From assembly GCA_964484595.1 (NCBI GenBank), contig CAZAHC010000002.1, forward strand, positions 1 through 41,648: a stretch of 41,648 nt of DNA. Direction: 5' to 3'. The DNA is from an uncultured Fibrobacteraceae bacterium (lineage in GTDB: Bacteria; Krumholzibacteriota; Krumholzibacteriia; LZORAL124-64-63). Both the position numbers and the translations under genes were made by a program. Numbering within the stretch: the first letter of the stretch is position 1; each line of letters starts with the position of its first letter. Below the pieces are notes generated by a model. The model made no database searches. It had not been told where the DNA came from and worked only from the letters and a program-made list of their open reading frames with translations. Below, one piece after another: positions 1 through 10,332 of this stretch.

Positions 1-1
1 A

Positions 2-643
2 CGGCCCTGCGATTCAGCGCGATTCTCGCTCATCGCCACGGGCTCGACCGCTCGGTGGCTGGGCTTGCCGGACGAGGAGTCGTTCCACGGCAAGGGCCTG
101 TCCGCCTGCGCCACCTGCGACGGCTTCTTCTTCGGTGACCAGGAGATCGCGGTGGTCGGCGGCGGCGACACCGCCCTCGAGGAGGCCACCTATCTGACCA
201 ACTTCGCCCGGAAGGTAACCATCATCCACCGCCGGGACGAGCTCCGCGGCTCGCAGATCATGCAGCGGCGGGCCTTCGACAATCCCAAGGTGGAGATCGC
301 CTGGAACCGGGTCATCAAGGCCTACGAGGCGGACCCGGACGGCAACCTGGTCGGCCTCACCCTCACCGACACCCAGGACGGCTCCGAGCACCACCTGCCG
401 GTGACCGGTTGCTTCATCGCCATCGGGCACACCCCCAACACCGACTTTCTCGCGGGTCAGATCGACCTGGACGAGAACGGCTACATCATCACGAAGCCGG
501 ACACCACCGAGACCAGCGTGGAGGGCGTCTGGGCCTGCGGCGACGTACAGGACCACGTCTACCGCCAGGCCATCACCGCCGCCGGCAGCGGGTGCATGGC
601 GGCCATCGAGACCGAAAGGTGGCTCACCGCGCAGGGGCTTTGA
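2..643 (+). CDS. trxB: thioredoxin-disulfide reductase, C-terminal 213 codons (5' end outside window)
   Basis: The frame is open from the window edge. Codons before the ORF-track start read ..FSLIATGSTARWLGLPDEE, and position 65 is an internal TTG. Contains the redox-active CATC motif (SACATCDGFFF) plus GGGDTALEEA and GVWACGDV nucleotide-binding segments typical of TrxB. Stop at 641-643. Confidence 0.9.
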   Translation, partial: RPCDSARFSLIATGSTARWLGLPDEESFHGKGLSACATCDGFFFGDQEIAVVGGGDTALEEATYLTNFARKVTIIHRRDELRGSQIMQRRAFDNPKVEIAWNRVIKAYEADPDGNLVGLTLTDTQDGSEHHLPVTGCFIAIGHTPNTDFLAGQIDLDENGYIITKPDTTETSVEGVWACGDVQDHVYRQAITAAGSGCMAAIETERWLTAQGL

Positions 644-672
644 CCCCAGAAAGCCGGCGAAAGAGTCCCTTG

Positions 673-1221
673 TCAGGTCTTCTCCTGAATGAGGGAAAGG
701 AACTCCCCGCGCGTCTTGGGGTCGTCCTTGAAAGCGCCGAGCATCTCGCTCGTCACCGCGAAGCTGTTCTGCTTCTCGACTCCCCGCATCATCATGCAGA
801 GATGCTGGGCGTGCAGGACAACCGCCACCCCGTCGGCGCCGAGGTTCTCGGCCAGGCACCTGGCAATCTGGGTGGTCATGCGCTCCTGGACCTGCAAGCG
901 GCGGGCGAAGACCTCCACCACCCGGGCGATCTTCGAGAGGCCGACGATCCGACCGTTGGGGATGTAAGCGACGTGGGCCTTGCCGAAGAACGGCAACAGG
1001 TGGTGCTCGCACAGGCTGTAGAAGTCGATATCGTTGACCAGGATCATTTCCTTGCCGTCGGCCGGAAAGAGAGCCTCGCGCACGAGGGCGTCGGCGTCGA
1101 CCTCGTAGCCGCTCGTCAGCTCGCGGTAGGCGCGGGCGACGCGTTCGGGGGTCCGGCGCAACCCTTCGCGCCGGGGGTCTTCACCCAGGCCCTGCAACAG
1201 ATCCCGGATCAGGTCTTCCAT
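673..1221 (-). CDS. folE: GTP cyclohydrolase I
   Basis: Core motif block [50 protein letters not shown]. The ORF track starts at 1326, but the first 35 codons are R/P/G-rich. The ATG at 1219-1221 (MEDLIRDLL) is preceded by GGGAG and gives a typical 182 aa. Confidence 0.9.
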   Translation of the reverse strand: MEDLIRDLLQGLGEDPRREGLRRTPERVARAYRELTSGYEVDADALVREALFPADGKEMILVNDIDFYSLCEHHLLPFFGKAHVAYIPNGRIVGLSKIARVVEVFARRLQVQERMTTQIARCLAENLGADGVAVVLHAQHLCMMMRGVEKQNSFAVTSEMLGAFKDDPKTRGEFLSLIQEKT

Positions 1222-1250
1222 GGTGTCACTCCCGTTGGCAAATCGCAGCG

Positions 1251-1272
1251 GCCCCGCCCGACCGGGCGGGGC
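1251..1272 (-). promoter_or_regulatory. G+C hairpin in the putative folE 5' leader
   Basis: The minus-strand RNA would read GCCCCGCCC-GGUC-GGGCGGGGC (perfect 9-bp stem, 4-nt loop). It lies between the putative -10 element and the folE ribosome-binding site. Function unknown (leader stabiliser or attenuator). Confidence 0.3.
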
Positions 1273-1278
1273 AGGCAC

Positions 1279-1307
1279 ACGATAGGGTCCCGGGCGAAAG
1301 CGGTCAA
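1279..1307 (-). promoter_or_regulatory. sigma-70-like promoter pattern upstream of folE
   Basis: The minus strand reads TTGACC - 17 nt - TATCGT (-35 at 1302-1307, -10 at 1279-1284), about 55 nt upstream of the folE ATG. Pattern match only. Confidence 0.4.
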
Positions 1308-1588
1308 GCCGCCGGTCCCGGCCCACCAGCGTGACGATCCTCCTCCGGCGGGCACACGCCTTGCTGGTTTAACCCCGGCGGACTTGAAAAACCTGCATTT
1401 TGCAGCCCAGGCAAAGGGCCAACCCAGCGACATGAGGCGTGTAAGCGCCAGCGATCGGACGGGAACGTTCCCCCCGGCCCGCCCTTCGCTTCTCGCGTGA
1501 GGTTTGGCCCTTTTCCGTGCCCTGAATCCAGCTCGCGGACCGGATCCCGCGAATTGCCTCTCCAGCCCCGCCTCCCCTGCCAAAGTTC

Positions 1589-1616
1589 TTGCGTCCGATC
1601 CCGGAGGCCATAATTT
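1589..1616 (+). promoter_or_regulatory. weak sigma-70-like promoter pattern upstream of nfnA
   Basis: TTGCGT - 16 nt - TAATTT, about 75 nt upstream of the GTG start at 1690. Pattern match only, and the -35 is weak. Confidence 0.2.
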
Positions 1617-1689
1617 TCCAACCGTCTAGCCACCTATTCGCTCCCCATCCGGCTTTCCTGTCGGGTGCCAACAGCAAGGAGCCACGGCC

Positions 1690-2568
1690 GTGGGCAACAA
1701 GATCGTAGCCGCCAGGGAACTGGCCCCCCAGACGATGCTTTTCGAGATCGAGGCCGAGCACATCGCCCAGCGTGGCCGGGCGGGGCAGTTCGTCATCCTC
1801 AGGGTGTGCGAGGAAGGCGAGCGGATCCCGTTGACCATCGCCAACCGGGACGTCGCCCGCGGCGTCATCACAATCGTTGCCCAGGAGGTAGGCAAGACTA
1901 CCTGTCTGCTGAACCGGATGCAGGTCGGCGACGAGATCCTGGATCTGGCCGGCCCCCTGGGCCAGCCCACGAACATCCCCGCGGGCGAACGGACCGTCGT
2001 CTGCGTGGGCGGCGGCATCGGCAACGCCGTGGTCTGGCCCCAGGTGGCGGCGCTCAAGGAAGCCGGCAACGAGGTCATCAGCATCCTGGGAGCCCGCACC
2101 AAGGAGCTGCTGATCCTCGAGGACGAGATAACCGCCCTGAGCGACCGGGCGATCGTCACCACCGACGACGGTTCCTACGGCCAGAAGGGAATGGTGACCC
2201 ACGCCCTGCAGGATCTCATCGACAGCGGCCAGAAGATCGACGAGGTCATCTGCATCGGTCCGATCGTGATGATGAAGTTCGTCTGCAAGACCACCGAACC
2301 GCACGGCATCCCCACCCAGGCCTCCCTCAACCCCATCATGGTGGACGGCACCGGCATGTGCGGCGCCTGCCGCGTGACCGTCGGCGGCGAGACGCGCTTC
2401 GCCTGCGTCGAGGGCCCCGAGTTCGACGGACACCAGGTGGATTTCGACGAGCTGATCAAGCGCCTATCCTACTACCAGCCCGAGGAGAGGCTGGCCTACG
2501 AGCAGGTTCACCGGTGCCGGCTGGACGCCCAGCTTGACGAACCGGATTCCGCCCGGGAAACGAACTAG
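1690..2568 (+). CDS. nfnA: PyrK/SudB-like FAD/NAD(P)-binding, [2Fe-2S] subunit (NfnA-type ferredoxin:NADP oxidoreductase small subunit)
   Basis: GTG start preceded by AGGAG. Flavodoxin-reductase-like N-terminus (GQFVILRVCEEGERIPLTIA), VCVGGGIGNA nucleotide-binding loop, and C-terminal cluster motif MVDGTGMCGACRVTVGGETRFACVEGPEFDGH. It is paired with a GltD-like gene immediately downstream, the characteristic NfnAB/SudAB arrangement. Confidence 0.8.
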   Translation: MGNKIVAARELAPQTMLFEIEAEHIAQRGRAGQFVILRVCEEGERIPLTIANRDVARGVITIVAQEVGKTTCLLNRMQVGDEILDLAGPLGQPTNIPAGERTVVCVGGGIGNAVVWPQVAALKEAGNEVISILGARTKELLILEDEITALSDRAIVTTDDGSYGQKGMVTHALQDLIDSGQKIDEVICIGPIVMMKFVCKTTEPHGIPTQASLNPIMVDGTGMCGACRVTVGGETRFACVEGPEFDGHQVDFDELIKRLSYYQPEERLAYEQVHRCRLDAQLDEPDSARETN

Positions 2569-2578
2569 GGAGAACAGC

Positions 2579-4042
2579 ATGGCCGACGCGAACAAGAAGA
2601 AGAAAAAACGGGTCATCAACAAGGCCAAGACCAAGACCCCGATGCGGGAGCGGCCAGCCGCCGAGCGGATCCTCGACTTCGACGAGGTTCCCCTGGGCTA
2701 CAACGAGGAGGAGGCCGTCGCCGAGGCCCAGCGCTGCATCCAGTGCAAGAACATGCCCTGCATTCCCGGCTGCCCGGTGGGCATCGACATCCCGGCCTTC
2801 CTGGACCTGGTGGGCAAGAAGGACTTCGCGGGCGCCCTGCAGAAGATCAAGGAGAAGAACTTCCTGCCGGCCATCTGCGGCAGGGTCTGCCCGCAGGAGG
2901 ACCAGTGCGAGCTGGTGTGCACCCTCAACAAGCCGGACAAGGGCCGCGAACCAGGCGGCGTCGGCCGGGTCGAACGCTTCATCGGGGATTACGCCTTGCA
3001 GCAGGGCCTGGACGCTCTACCCGAGAAGGACCCGCCCACGGGCAAGAAGGTGGCCATCATCGGCTCCGGCCCGGCCGGTCTGACCTGCGCCAGCGACCTG
3101 ATCCAGCGCGGGCACGAGGTGACGGTGTTCGAGGCCCTGCACAAGCCGGGCGGGGTGCTTTTCTACGGCATCCCCGAGTTCCGGCTGCCCAAGAAGATCC
3201 TGATCAAGGAGATCGAGGGCTTGCGGGACATGGGCGTCGAGTTCGTAATGAACTACCCCGTCGGCAAGGCCGAGTCGCTGGCGTCGGTTCGCGAGCGCTT
3301 CGATGTGGTCTTCATCGGCACCGGCGCGGGGCTGCCCTGGTTCCTGAACATCCCCGGCGAGAACCTCAACGGTGTCTACAGCGCCAACGAGTTCCTGACC
3401 CGCGTCAACCTGATGGGCGGCTACCGCTTCCCGGACGGTGCCGATACCCCCGTCAAGAAGATCAAGCGCATCGCCGTGATCGGCGCCGGCAACACCGCCA
3501 TGGACTCGGCCCGCACCGCCAAAAGGCTGCAGCCGGAGATGGTCTACCTGGTCTATCGCCGCAGCCGCCTGGAAATGCCGGCGCGGATCGAGGAGATCCA
3601 TCATGCCGAGGAAGAGGGGATCGAGTTCCACCTGCTGCACTCCCCGGTCGAGATCGTGGACGATGGGACCGGCGCTGTCGGCGCCATCCGCTGCCAGGAG
3701 ATGGAGCTGGGCGAGCCGGACGCCAGTGGCCGGCGCCGGCCGGTGCCGATCGAGGGTCGCACCAAGGAGTTCGCCGTCGACACGGTGGTCATGGCGATCG
3801 GGCAGGGACCGAACCCCGTCCTGCTGGCCGATTGCCCAGACCTCGAGCGCAACCCGAAGCGCGGCACCATCATCGTCGATCCGGAAACGATGCAGACCTC
3901 GTGGCCCGACGTCTTCGCCGGCGGCGACATCGTCACCGGCGGCGCGACCGTGATCCTGGCCATGGGAGCGGGGCGCACTGCCGCCACCGCCATGCATCGC
4001 TTCCTGACGACGGGCCAGGCCAAGGAAGAGCCTGCTAGCTAA
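2579..4042 (+). CDS. nfnB: GltD-family NADPH-dependent oxidoreductase (NfnB-type large subunit; 2x[4Fe-4S] + FAD/NAD(P))
   Basis: Motifs RCIQCKNMPCIPGCPVGIDIPAF and CGRVCPQEDQCE (Fe-S clusters), VAIIGSGPAGLTCASDL, GGVLFYGIPEFRLPK and VAVIGAGNTAMDSART. Start set to the ATG at 2579 (MADANKKKKK), which follows GGGAG and lies after the nfnA stop. The track start at 2534 overlaps nfnA. The ATG at 2642 is an alternative start. Confidence 0.85.
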   Translation: MADANKKKKKRVINKAKTKTPMRERPAAERILDFDEVPLGYNEEEAVAEAQRCIQCKNMPCIPGCPVGIDIPAFLDLVGKKDFAGALQKIKEKNFLPAICGRVCPQEDQCELVCTLNKPDKGREPGGVGRVERFIGDYALQQGLDALPEKDPPTGKKVAIIGSGPAGLTCASDLIQRGHEVTVFEALHKPGGVLFYGIPEFRLPKKILIKEIEGLRDMGVEFVMNYPVGKAESLASVRERFDVVFIGTGAGLPWFLNIPGENLNGVYSANEFLTRVNLMGGYRFPDGADTPVKKIKRIAVIGAGNTAMDSARTAKRLQPEMVYLVYRRSRLEMPARIEEIHHAEEEGIEFHLLHSPVEIVDDGTGAVGAIRCQEMELGEPDASGRRRPVPIEGRTKEFAVDTVVMAIGQGPNPVLLADCPDLERNPKRGTIIVDPETMQTSWPDVFAGGDIVTGGATVILAMGAGRTAATAMHRFLTTGQAKEEPAS

Positions 4043-4063
4043 CCGCTGAACAGCACCCCTGGC

Positions 4064-4112
4064 CCCTTCCTGGCTGTTTCCGGGGACGCGCCCCGGAAAC
4101 AGCCAGGAAGGG
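4064..4112. terminator. bidirectional hairpin between the convergent genes nfnB and purN
   Basis: Perfect 22-bp inverted repeat: cccttcctggctgtttccgggg (4064-4085), loop acgcg, ccccggaaacagccaggaaggg (4091-4112). It begins 22 nt after the nfnB stop. No clean U-run follows on either strand. Confidence 0.55.
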
Positions 4113-4221
4113 ATCAAGGGTGCCGCCCCGCCATCAGTAAGTCAGTCGTAATCAATTCGATTTCAATGGGTTAACTGTTTGGATTAATGTTGAATGTTGG
4201 GTTTCGGGGGCCCGCCGGCCC

Positions 4222-4821
4222 TCATTCCCGATCCATCTCCGCGACCAAGCGGTTGATCACTTCCGGGTACAGCTCGCACTCGGCGGCGAACACCCGGTCG
4301 GCCAGAGTGTGCAGGTCGTCGTCCGGCAGGACCGGAACGCGCTTCTGCTGGAGAATCTGGCCGTGGTCGTAGATCTCGTCGACCAGGTGGACGGTGCAGC
4401 CGCTCTCGGTATCACCCGCCGCCAGCACCGCGGCGTGTACCCGGTCGCCATAGAAACCCTTGCCGCCGTACTTCGGCAGCAGGGCGGGATGGATGTTCAG
4501 GATCGGGCCGGTGAACCAGTCCGGCCGGATGTAGTAGCATAGGTAGCCGGCCAGCAGGATCAGTCGCGGGGCGAACGGGGCGAGCCATTGGTTGATCGCC
4601 TTGTTGTGTTCCGCCACCGTCTGGAAATCCCGACGGCGGAAGACCTCGCAGGGCCGGCCGGCGGCGCGCGCGATCTCCACCCCCCGGACGGCGGGCCGGC
4701 TGGATACCACCGCCGCCACCTGGATCGCCAGGGTGCCAGCTTCGATCCTGGCCAGGAAGTTCTCGAGCGTCCGCCCGCTGCCCGACAGGAGCACGGCGAC
4801 GGGATTCGGTGGCCGGGTCAC
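4222..4821 (-). CDS. purN: phosphoribosylglycinamide formyltransferase
   Basis: N-terminal VAVLLSGSGRTLENFL and the LNIHPALLPKYGGKGFYG signature; 199 aa. The GTG start overlaps the upstream stop (GTGA at 4818-4821). Confidence 0.9.
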   Translation of the reverse strand: MTRPPNPVAVLLSGSGRTLENFLARIEAGTLAIQVAAVVSSRPAVRGVEIARAAGRPCEVFRRRDFQTVAEHNKAINQWLAPFAPRLILLAGYLCYYIRPDWFTGPILNIHPALLPKYGGKGFYGDRVHAAVLAAGDTESGCTVHLVDEIYDHGQILQQKRVPVLPDDDLHTLADRVFAAECELYPEVINRLVAEMDRE

Positions 4822-5342
4822 TGTTCTTTCTCCCCTTGTTCGGCGCGCACAGCGGCCAGCACCTTGACATGGACCGCGAAGGCGATCTCGCCGGGCAGAT
4901 CGTCCAGCGGGAAGAACCCGACCTGGGCCGCGTCGTCACCGGCTCTCGGCTCGCCGCCCACCTCCACCGCCCGGTAGATCACCAGCAGGACGGGGAAGTT
5001 GGGCGGCAGAATCCCCGTGTGAACGGCGAACAGGCCGTCGAGCCGGACGTCAAGGTTGGTCTCCTCCTTGACCTCCCGCACCGCTGTTGCTTCGATATCC
5101 TCGTCGAACTCCACGAAACCGGCCGGCAGGCTCCACTTCCCCTGCCGGGGCGGGTACTTGCGCTTGACCAGGCAGATCCGATCTTCCCGCAGCAGGACCA
5201 CCCCCGCCGCCGGCGCCGGGTTCAGGTACTGGATATAGCCGCAGGCGGGACACCGCGGCCGCTGCCTGCCAGCGTCGGCGGCCCAGGTCATGGTCGCGGC
5301 GCAGCGCGGGCAGAACTTGTAGGCGTGCTCGGCAGGATCCAT
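4818..5342 (-). CDS. NUDIX hydrolase with N-terminal zinc-ribbon
   Basis: CPRC..17 aa..CPAC zinc ribbon, then the Nudix box GKWSLPAGFVEFDEDIEATAVREVKEETNL. Start moved to the ATG at 5342 (MDPAEHAYKF); the upstream 77 codons of the track ORF are R/G/P-rich and overlap lnt. Confidence 0.8.
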   Translation of the reverse strand: MDPAEHAYKFCPRCAATMTWAADAGRQRPRCPACGYIQYLNPAPAAGVVLLREDRICLVKRKYPPRQGKWSLPAGFVEFDEDIEATAVREVKEETNLDVRLDGLFAVHTGILPPNFPVLLVIYRAVEVGGEPRAGDDAAQVGFFPLDDLPGEIAFAVHVKVLAAVRAEQGEKEQ

Positions 5343-6970
5343 CACTGCTTCTCCGAACGGATCAGGACGAGGGCCAGAACCGACCACAGGACCAGAAAGA
5401 GCGCCAGGGGCCGCCCCCCCGCCCGGACGAAGAGGGTATCGCCCGGACCGGGCTGGACCTCGGCGAGCACCACCGCTCGCTGCCCGAGATCCGCCATCTT
5501 CACGACCTCGCCGGTGGCCGCGACGACGAAGCTCACCCCGTTGTTGGCGCACCGCACCAGCGGCACGCCGCACTCGGCGGCACGCAGCCTCGCCAGGGCG
5601 GCATGCTGCCGGGGTCCGGCTGTCTGGCCGAACCAGCCGTCGTTGGTAATGTTGACCAGCACCTGCGCACCGGCCCGGACGGCCTGCCGGGCCAGGCCGC
5701 TGAAGATGGACTCGAAGCAGATCAAGCCGGCAAAGCTGAACTCGCCGGCCGCCGCCGGAACCACCACCGGGCCGGGCGGCTCACCGGGTTCCCATTCCGC
5801 CTGCCCCATGTCGATCCTGGCCAGAAACGGCAAGAACCGCGAAAACGGCATCCGCTCGCCCACCGGCAGCAGGTGGTGCTTGGCGTACCGGTCGATCAGG
5901 AACCCCTGGGGGTCGAACAGGCCGCTCGAGTTGAACTTGAGCAGGGTACCGTCCGGGGTGAGTTCCGCATCGGGAAAGCCCGTGAACAGGAAAAGGCGGT
6001 TCTGGGCCGCCAACTTTCTGACCCAGGCGAGCAGCTCGGGCTCGTTGTACCGCACGTAGGCGGGAATGGCGGTCTCGGCCCAGACGACCAGCTCGGCGCC
6101 GGCGCGGGCGGCCTGTTCGGTGAGGTAGGTGTACGGAACGATCGTCGAGTCAATCCTGGCCGGCTGCCACTTGTCGGCCAGGGCGACGTTGGCCTGGATC
6201 GCCGCGACCTTCACCGGTTCCCGCGGCCCGGCGGCCAGATCGGTGGAGTCAGTCACCGGGGGCGGATCGTACTTGCTGGGCAGGGCGGTCCCCACGGCCA
6301 GCCCTCCCCACAACAAGACCACGGCCCCGATCAGGGCCAGCCGCCAGCCGCCGCCGGGGGCGAGGACCCGGTGGCGACCGCCTCGCTGGAAAACGGCGAC
6401 CAGGGCCACCGCCACAAAGGCGGTGCCGGCGCTCAGGCCTATCTCCCCGCTCGCCGCCGCCAGCCGCAGCAGGGGCGTATGCACCCAGGCCGCCCCGGCC
6501 AGGCACCAGGGAAACCCGAGCTCGCCGGCGGCCCGCAGGGCCTCCATCCCGGTCCACAGGACCGGCGCCGTCAGGAGGGCGGTGGTCGGGCCGAGACGAT
6601 CGCGGACCAGGCGAAAGACCACTCCGAACAGGAAGTAGAAGATCGACACGTACAGGATGGCCAGGATCGCCTGCACCGGCACCAGCCAGCGGGTGGGAAT
6701 GCTGGCCGAGGGCTCCAGGAAAAACAACCAGTACAGCAGGGAGGTCTGGTGGGCGAGCCCGAAGAGCCAGGCCGAACGGGCGGGCAGCGGCGCGGTCAAC
6801 AGGACCCGCAGCAGCAGCGCCAGCGCCACCGGCACCAAGGGGCCGGTACCGCGGAAGGGCGGCAAGCCGGTCGTCGCCATCAGCCCCGCCAGCAGGGCCA
6901 GGTTGTCCGTCAAGGGCAACAGCCACCCCTGGTGGCGCTGCCGGGCGAGATCGCTGGGCACTCCGGTCAT
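5342..6970 (-). CDS. lnt: apolipoprotein N-acyltransferase
   Basis: Multi-TM N-terminal half, then a nitrilase-fold C-terminal half with VVWAETA, RYAKHHLLPVGERMPF and GLICFESIF (catalytic E/K/C context). Start set to the ATG at 6970 (MTGVPSDL). The track ORF extends to 7969 only as R/P/G-rich alternative-frame sequence over the neighbouring gene. Confidence 0.85.
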   Translation of the reverse strand: MTGVPSDLARQRHQGWLLPLTDNLALLAGLMATTGLPPFRGTGPLVPVALALLLRVLLTAPLPARSAWLFGLAHQTSLLYWLFFLEPSASIPTRWLVPVQAILAILYVSIFYFLFGVVFRLVRDRLGPTTALLTAPVLWTGMEALRAAGELGFPWCLAGAAWVHTPLLRLAAASGEIGLSAGTAFVAVALVAVFQRGGRHRVLAPGGGWRLALIGAVVLLWGGLAVGTALPSKYDPPPVTDSTDLAAGPREPVKVAAIQANVALADKWQPARIDSTIVPYTYLTEQAARAGAELVVWAETAIPAYVRYNEPELLAWVRKLAAQNRLFLFTGFPDAELTPDGTLLKFNSSGLFDPQGFLIDRYAKHHLLPVGERMPFSRFLPFLARIDMGQAEWEPGEPPGPVVVPAAAGEFSFAGLICFESIFSGLARQAVRAGAQVLVNITNDGWFGQTAGPRQHAALARLRAAECGVPLVRCANNGVSFVVAATGEVVKMADLGQRAVVLAEVQPGPGDTLFVRAGGRPLALFLVLWSVLALVLIRSEKQ

Positions 6971-7038
6971 GCCGTGCAAAATAGCGGCTCGCCCGGAGGC
7001 TGTCGAGGTGCATCTCCGACCCTCTCCCCGCCCCCCGG

Positions 7039-8658
<1,620 letters not shown>

Positions 8659-8991
8659 TCCGGTCTCCTTTCCGGGCTCGGTCTCCCTGCGGGCGCTCCC
8701 GGCAGCAGGATCCAGGCCGCGACCGCGGCCGGGCCCTGGCCCCCGGGGCAAAAGCCGGGGAAAACACCAGGCCAGGGACAACCGAGGTCGACCGGCGGCA
8801 ACCCCGGCCGCGCCGGCGGCGGACCGGCGAGGACAGACGGGTGTCCGCACGCCGGGCCACTTCGACCTGGGAACGCCCGACACCCGACCACCGATCGCTC
8901 CGTAGCCCCGAGCGGCAGATCAGGGAATGGGTTGGCTGGCTGTCACGGGAACGTTACAGCAGAAGGGGCAGCCGGCAGGGCGGACACCACC

Positions 8992-10011
8992 CTACCCCGG
9001 CAGGACGAGTTCGATCCGCTGCTTCTTGCCCGGGCGAACCTCACCAATGGGTACAGCCTCGAGGTCTGGCAGCTGGCCGAGATCGATCTCGGGCGGCAGC
9101 ACGACCACCAGGCCGATCCCCATGTTGAAGACGCGGTACATCTCGGCGGGCGAGACCTCGCCCGCCTCGGCGATCAGCCCGAACAGCGGCGGCACCTGCC
9201 AGGCCGCGGCCTCCACATGGGCGCAGAGACCGGCGGGCAGGATGCGAGGCAGGTTGTCGTAGAAGCCGCCGCCGGTTATGTGGGCCAGCCCGCGCACCGA
9301 CTGCCGGCCACAAGCCTCCCAGATCGACCGGACATCGGGCAGGTAGCTGCGGTGAACCGCCAGCAGGGCGTCCGCGAGCGAGCAAGCGAGACCAGGCGGG
9401 GTGTCGGCCAGGGCCAGGCCGGCGTCGGTGAGCAGCACCCGGCGGGCCAGGCTGTAGCCGTTGGTGTGCAGTCCGCTGCTCGGCAGGCCCCACAGCAGGT
9501 CGCCGGGCTGGATGCGGGTGCCGTCGATCAGGTCCTCCTCGGCGACCCGGCCCACGATGCAGCCGGCGAGGTCGAATTCCCCTGCCAAGTAGACGCCGGG
9601 CATCTCCGCGGTCTCTCCACCCAGCAGCGCGCACCCGTTCTCGCGGCAGGCGGCAGCGAACCCGGCGATCACCTGCGGCAGTACTTCCTCCTCGAGCTTG
9701 CTGGCCGCGTAGTAATCGAGGAAGAAGAGCGGTTCGGCCCCCTGGACCAGGATGTCGTCCACGCAGTGATTGACCAGATCCTGGCCCACCGTGTCGTAGC
9801 GGCCGGCGGCGGCGGCCACCTTGACCTTGGTGCCCACCCCGTCCACGCTCGCGACGAGCAGGGGCTCGCCCGGGGCCGGCCGGAACAGACCCCCGAAGGC
9901 CCCCAGCTCGCTGCGCACCCGCTCATCCCAGGTGGAGCGGACCGCATCGGTGGCCCGGGCGAGGGCCCGCTGGGCTGCGTCGATGTTCACACCGCTCTCA
10001 GCGTACTTCAT
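8992..10011 (-). CDS. purM: phosphoribosylformylglycinamidine cyclo-ligase (AIR synthetase)
   Basis: MKYAESGVNIDAAQ.., VASVDGVGTKVKVA, GQDLVNHCVDDILVQGAEPLFFLDYYA and GGETAEMPGVY. The ATG at 10011 is preceded by AGGAG and gives 339 aa. The upstream part of the track ORF is intergenic. Confidence 0.92.
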   Translation of the reverse strand: MKYAESGVNIDAAQRALARATDAVRSTWDERVRSELGAFGGLFRPAPGEPLLVASVDGVGTKVKVAAAAGRYDTVGQDLVNHCVDDILVQGAEPLFFLDYYAASKLEEEVLPQVIAGFAAACRENGCALLGGETAEMPGVYLAGEFDLAGCIVGRVAEEDLIDGTRIQPGDLLWGLPSSGLHTNGYSLARRVLLTDAGLALADTPPGLACSLADALLAVHRSYLPDVRSIWEACGRQSVRGLAHITGGGFYDNLPRILPAGLCAHVEAAAWQVPPLFGLIAEAGEVSPAEMYRVFNMGIGLVVVLPPEIDLGQLPDLEAVPIGEVRPGKKQRIELVLPG

Positions 10012-10332
10012 CTGCTGCTCCTGTCGGCTCAGGAAAACGGCTGTGGCCCGGCAATTGGGTCCGGTATGGGACACTGACAGGTAAGGCCCTTGGCCTGTTC
10101 CAGGGATTCTGGCACGTGGCCAAAACCCCAGGCCCAATTCCCCTTTCCCCACGACATCCTTACGTATTCCTCTTTGGCCTGCCAAGAGACAAATGACCCT
10201 CCCGGAAAAAAGTACCCGTGGCACACACTGAACGACTTGGGGAGCGTCGCCGAAAAAAAGCCAGGAGGGAGCCCGGGGCATTGGCCAGGAATCAAGCCGC
10301 CGTACCCATTTTCCGGGTCACAACCAGTCGGA

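Noticed and set aside
1222-1278. THF-type riboswitch in the folE leader
   Set aside because: The leader contains only a perfect 9-bp G+C hairpin with a tetraloop and no internal loops or pseudoknot partners. That does not fit what I recall of THF-I or THF-II (folE motif) architectures.
4187-4372. 61-aa plus-strand ORF starting in the A+T-rich island
   Set aside because: Most of it is antisense to the well-supported purN gene. It has no SD and no motif, and is probably spurious.
10029-10295. 88-aa ORF filling the purM upstream spacer
   Set aside because: It has a TTG start without an SD. Its codons lack the strong third-position G+C bias of neighbouring genes (many TTT, ATT, AAT, GGA, TCA), and it has no recognisable motif. 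I treat it as non-coding, with low certainty.
10012-10332. Possible ZTP (pfl) or purine riboswitch upstream of purM
   Set aside because: Fragments reminiscent of the ZTP core occur in the right order on the minus strand (GUCGUG, GGGAAA, GCCUGGG). They are compressed into about 35 nt, and the ACCGGG.GGA and CCGCCUGGGC elements are missing. No guanine-riboswitch junction sequences are present. This does not meet the standard for a call; a covariance-model scan would settle it.
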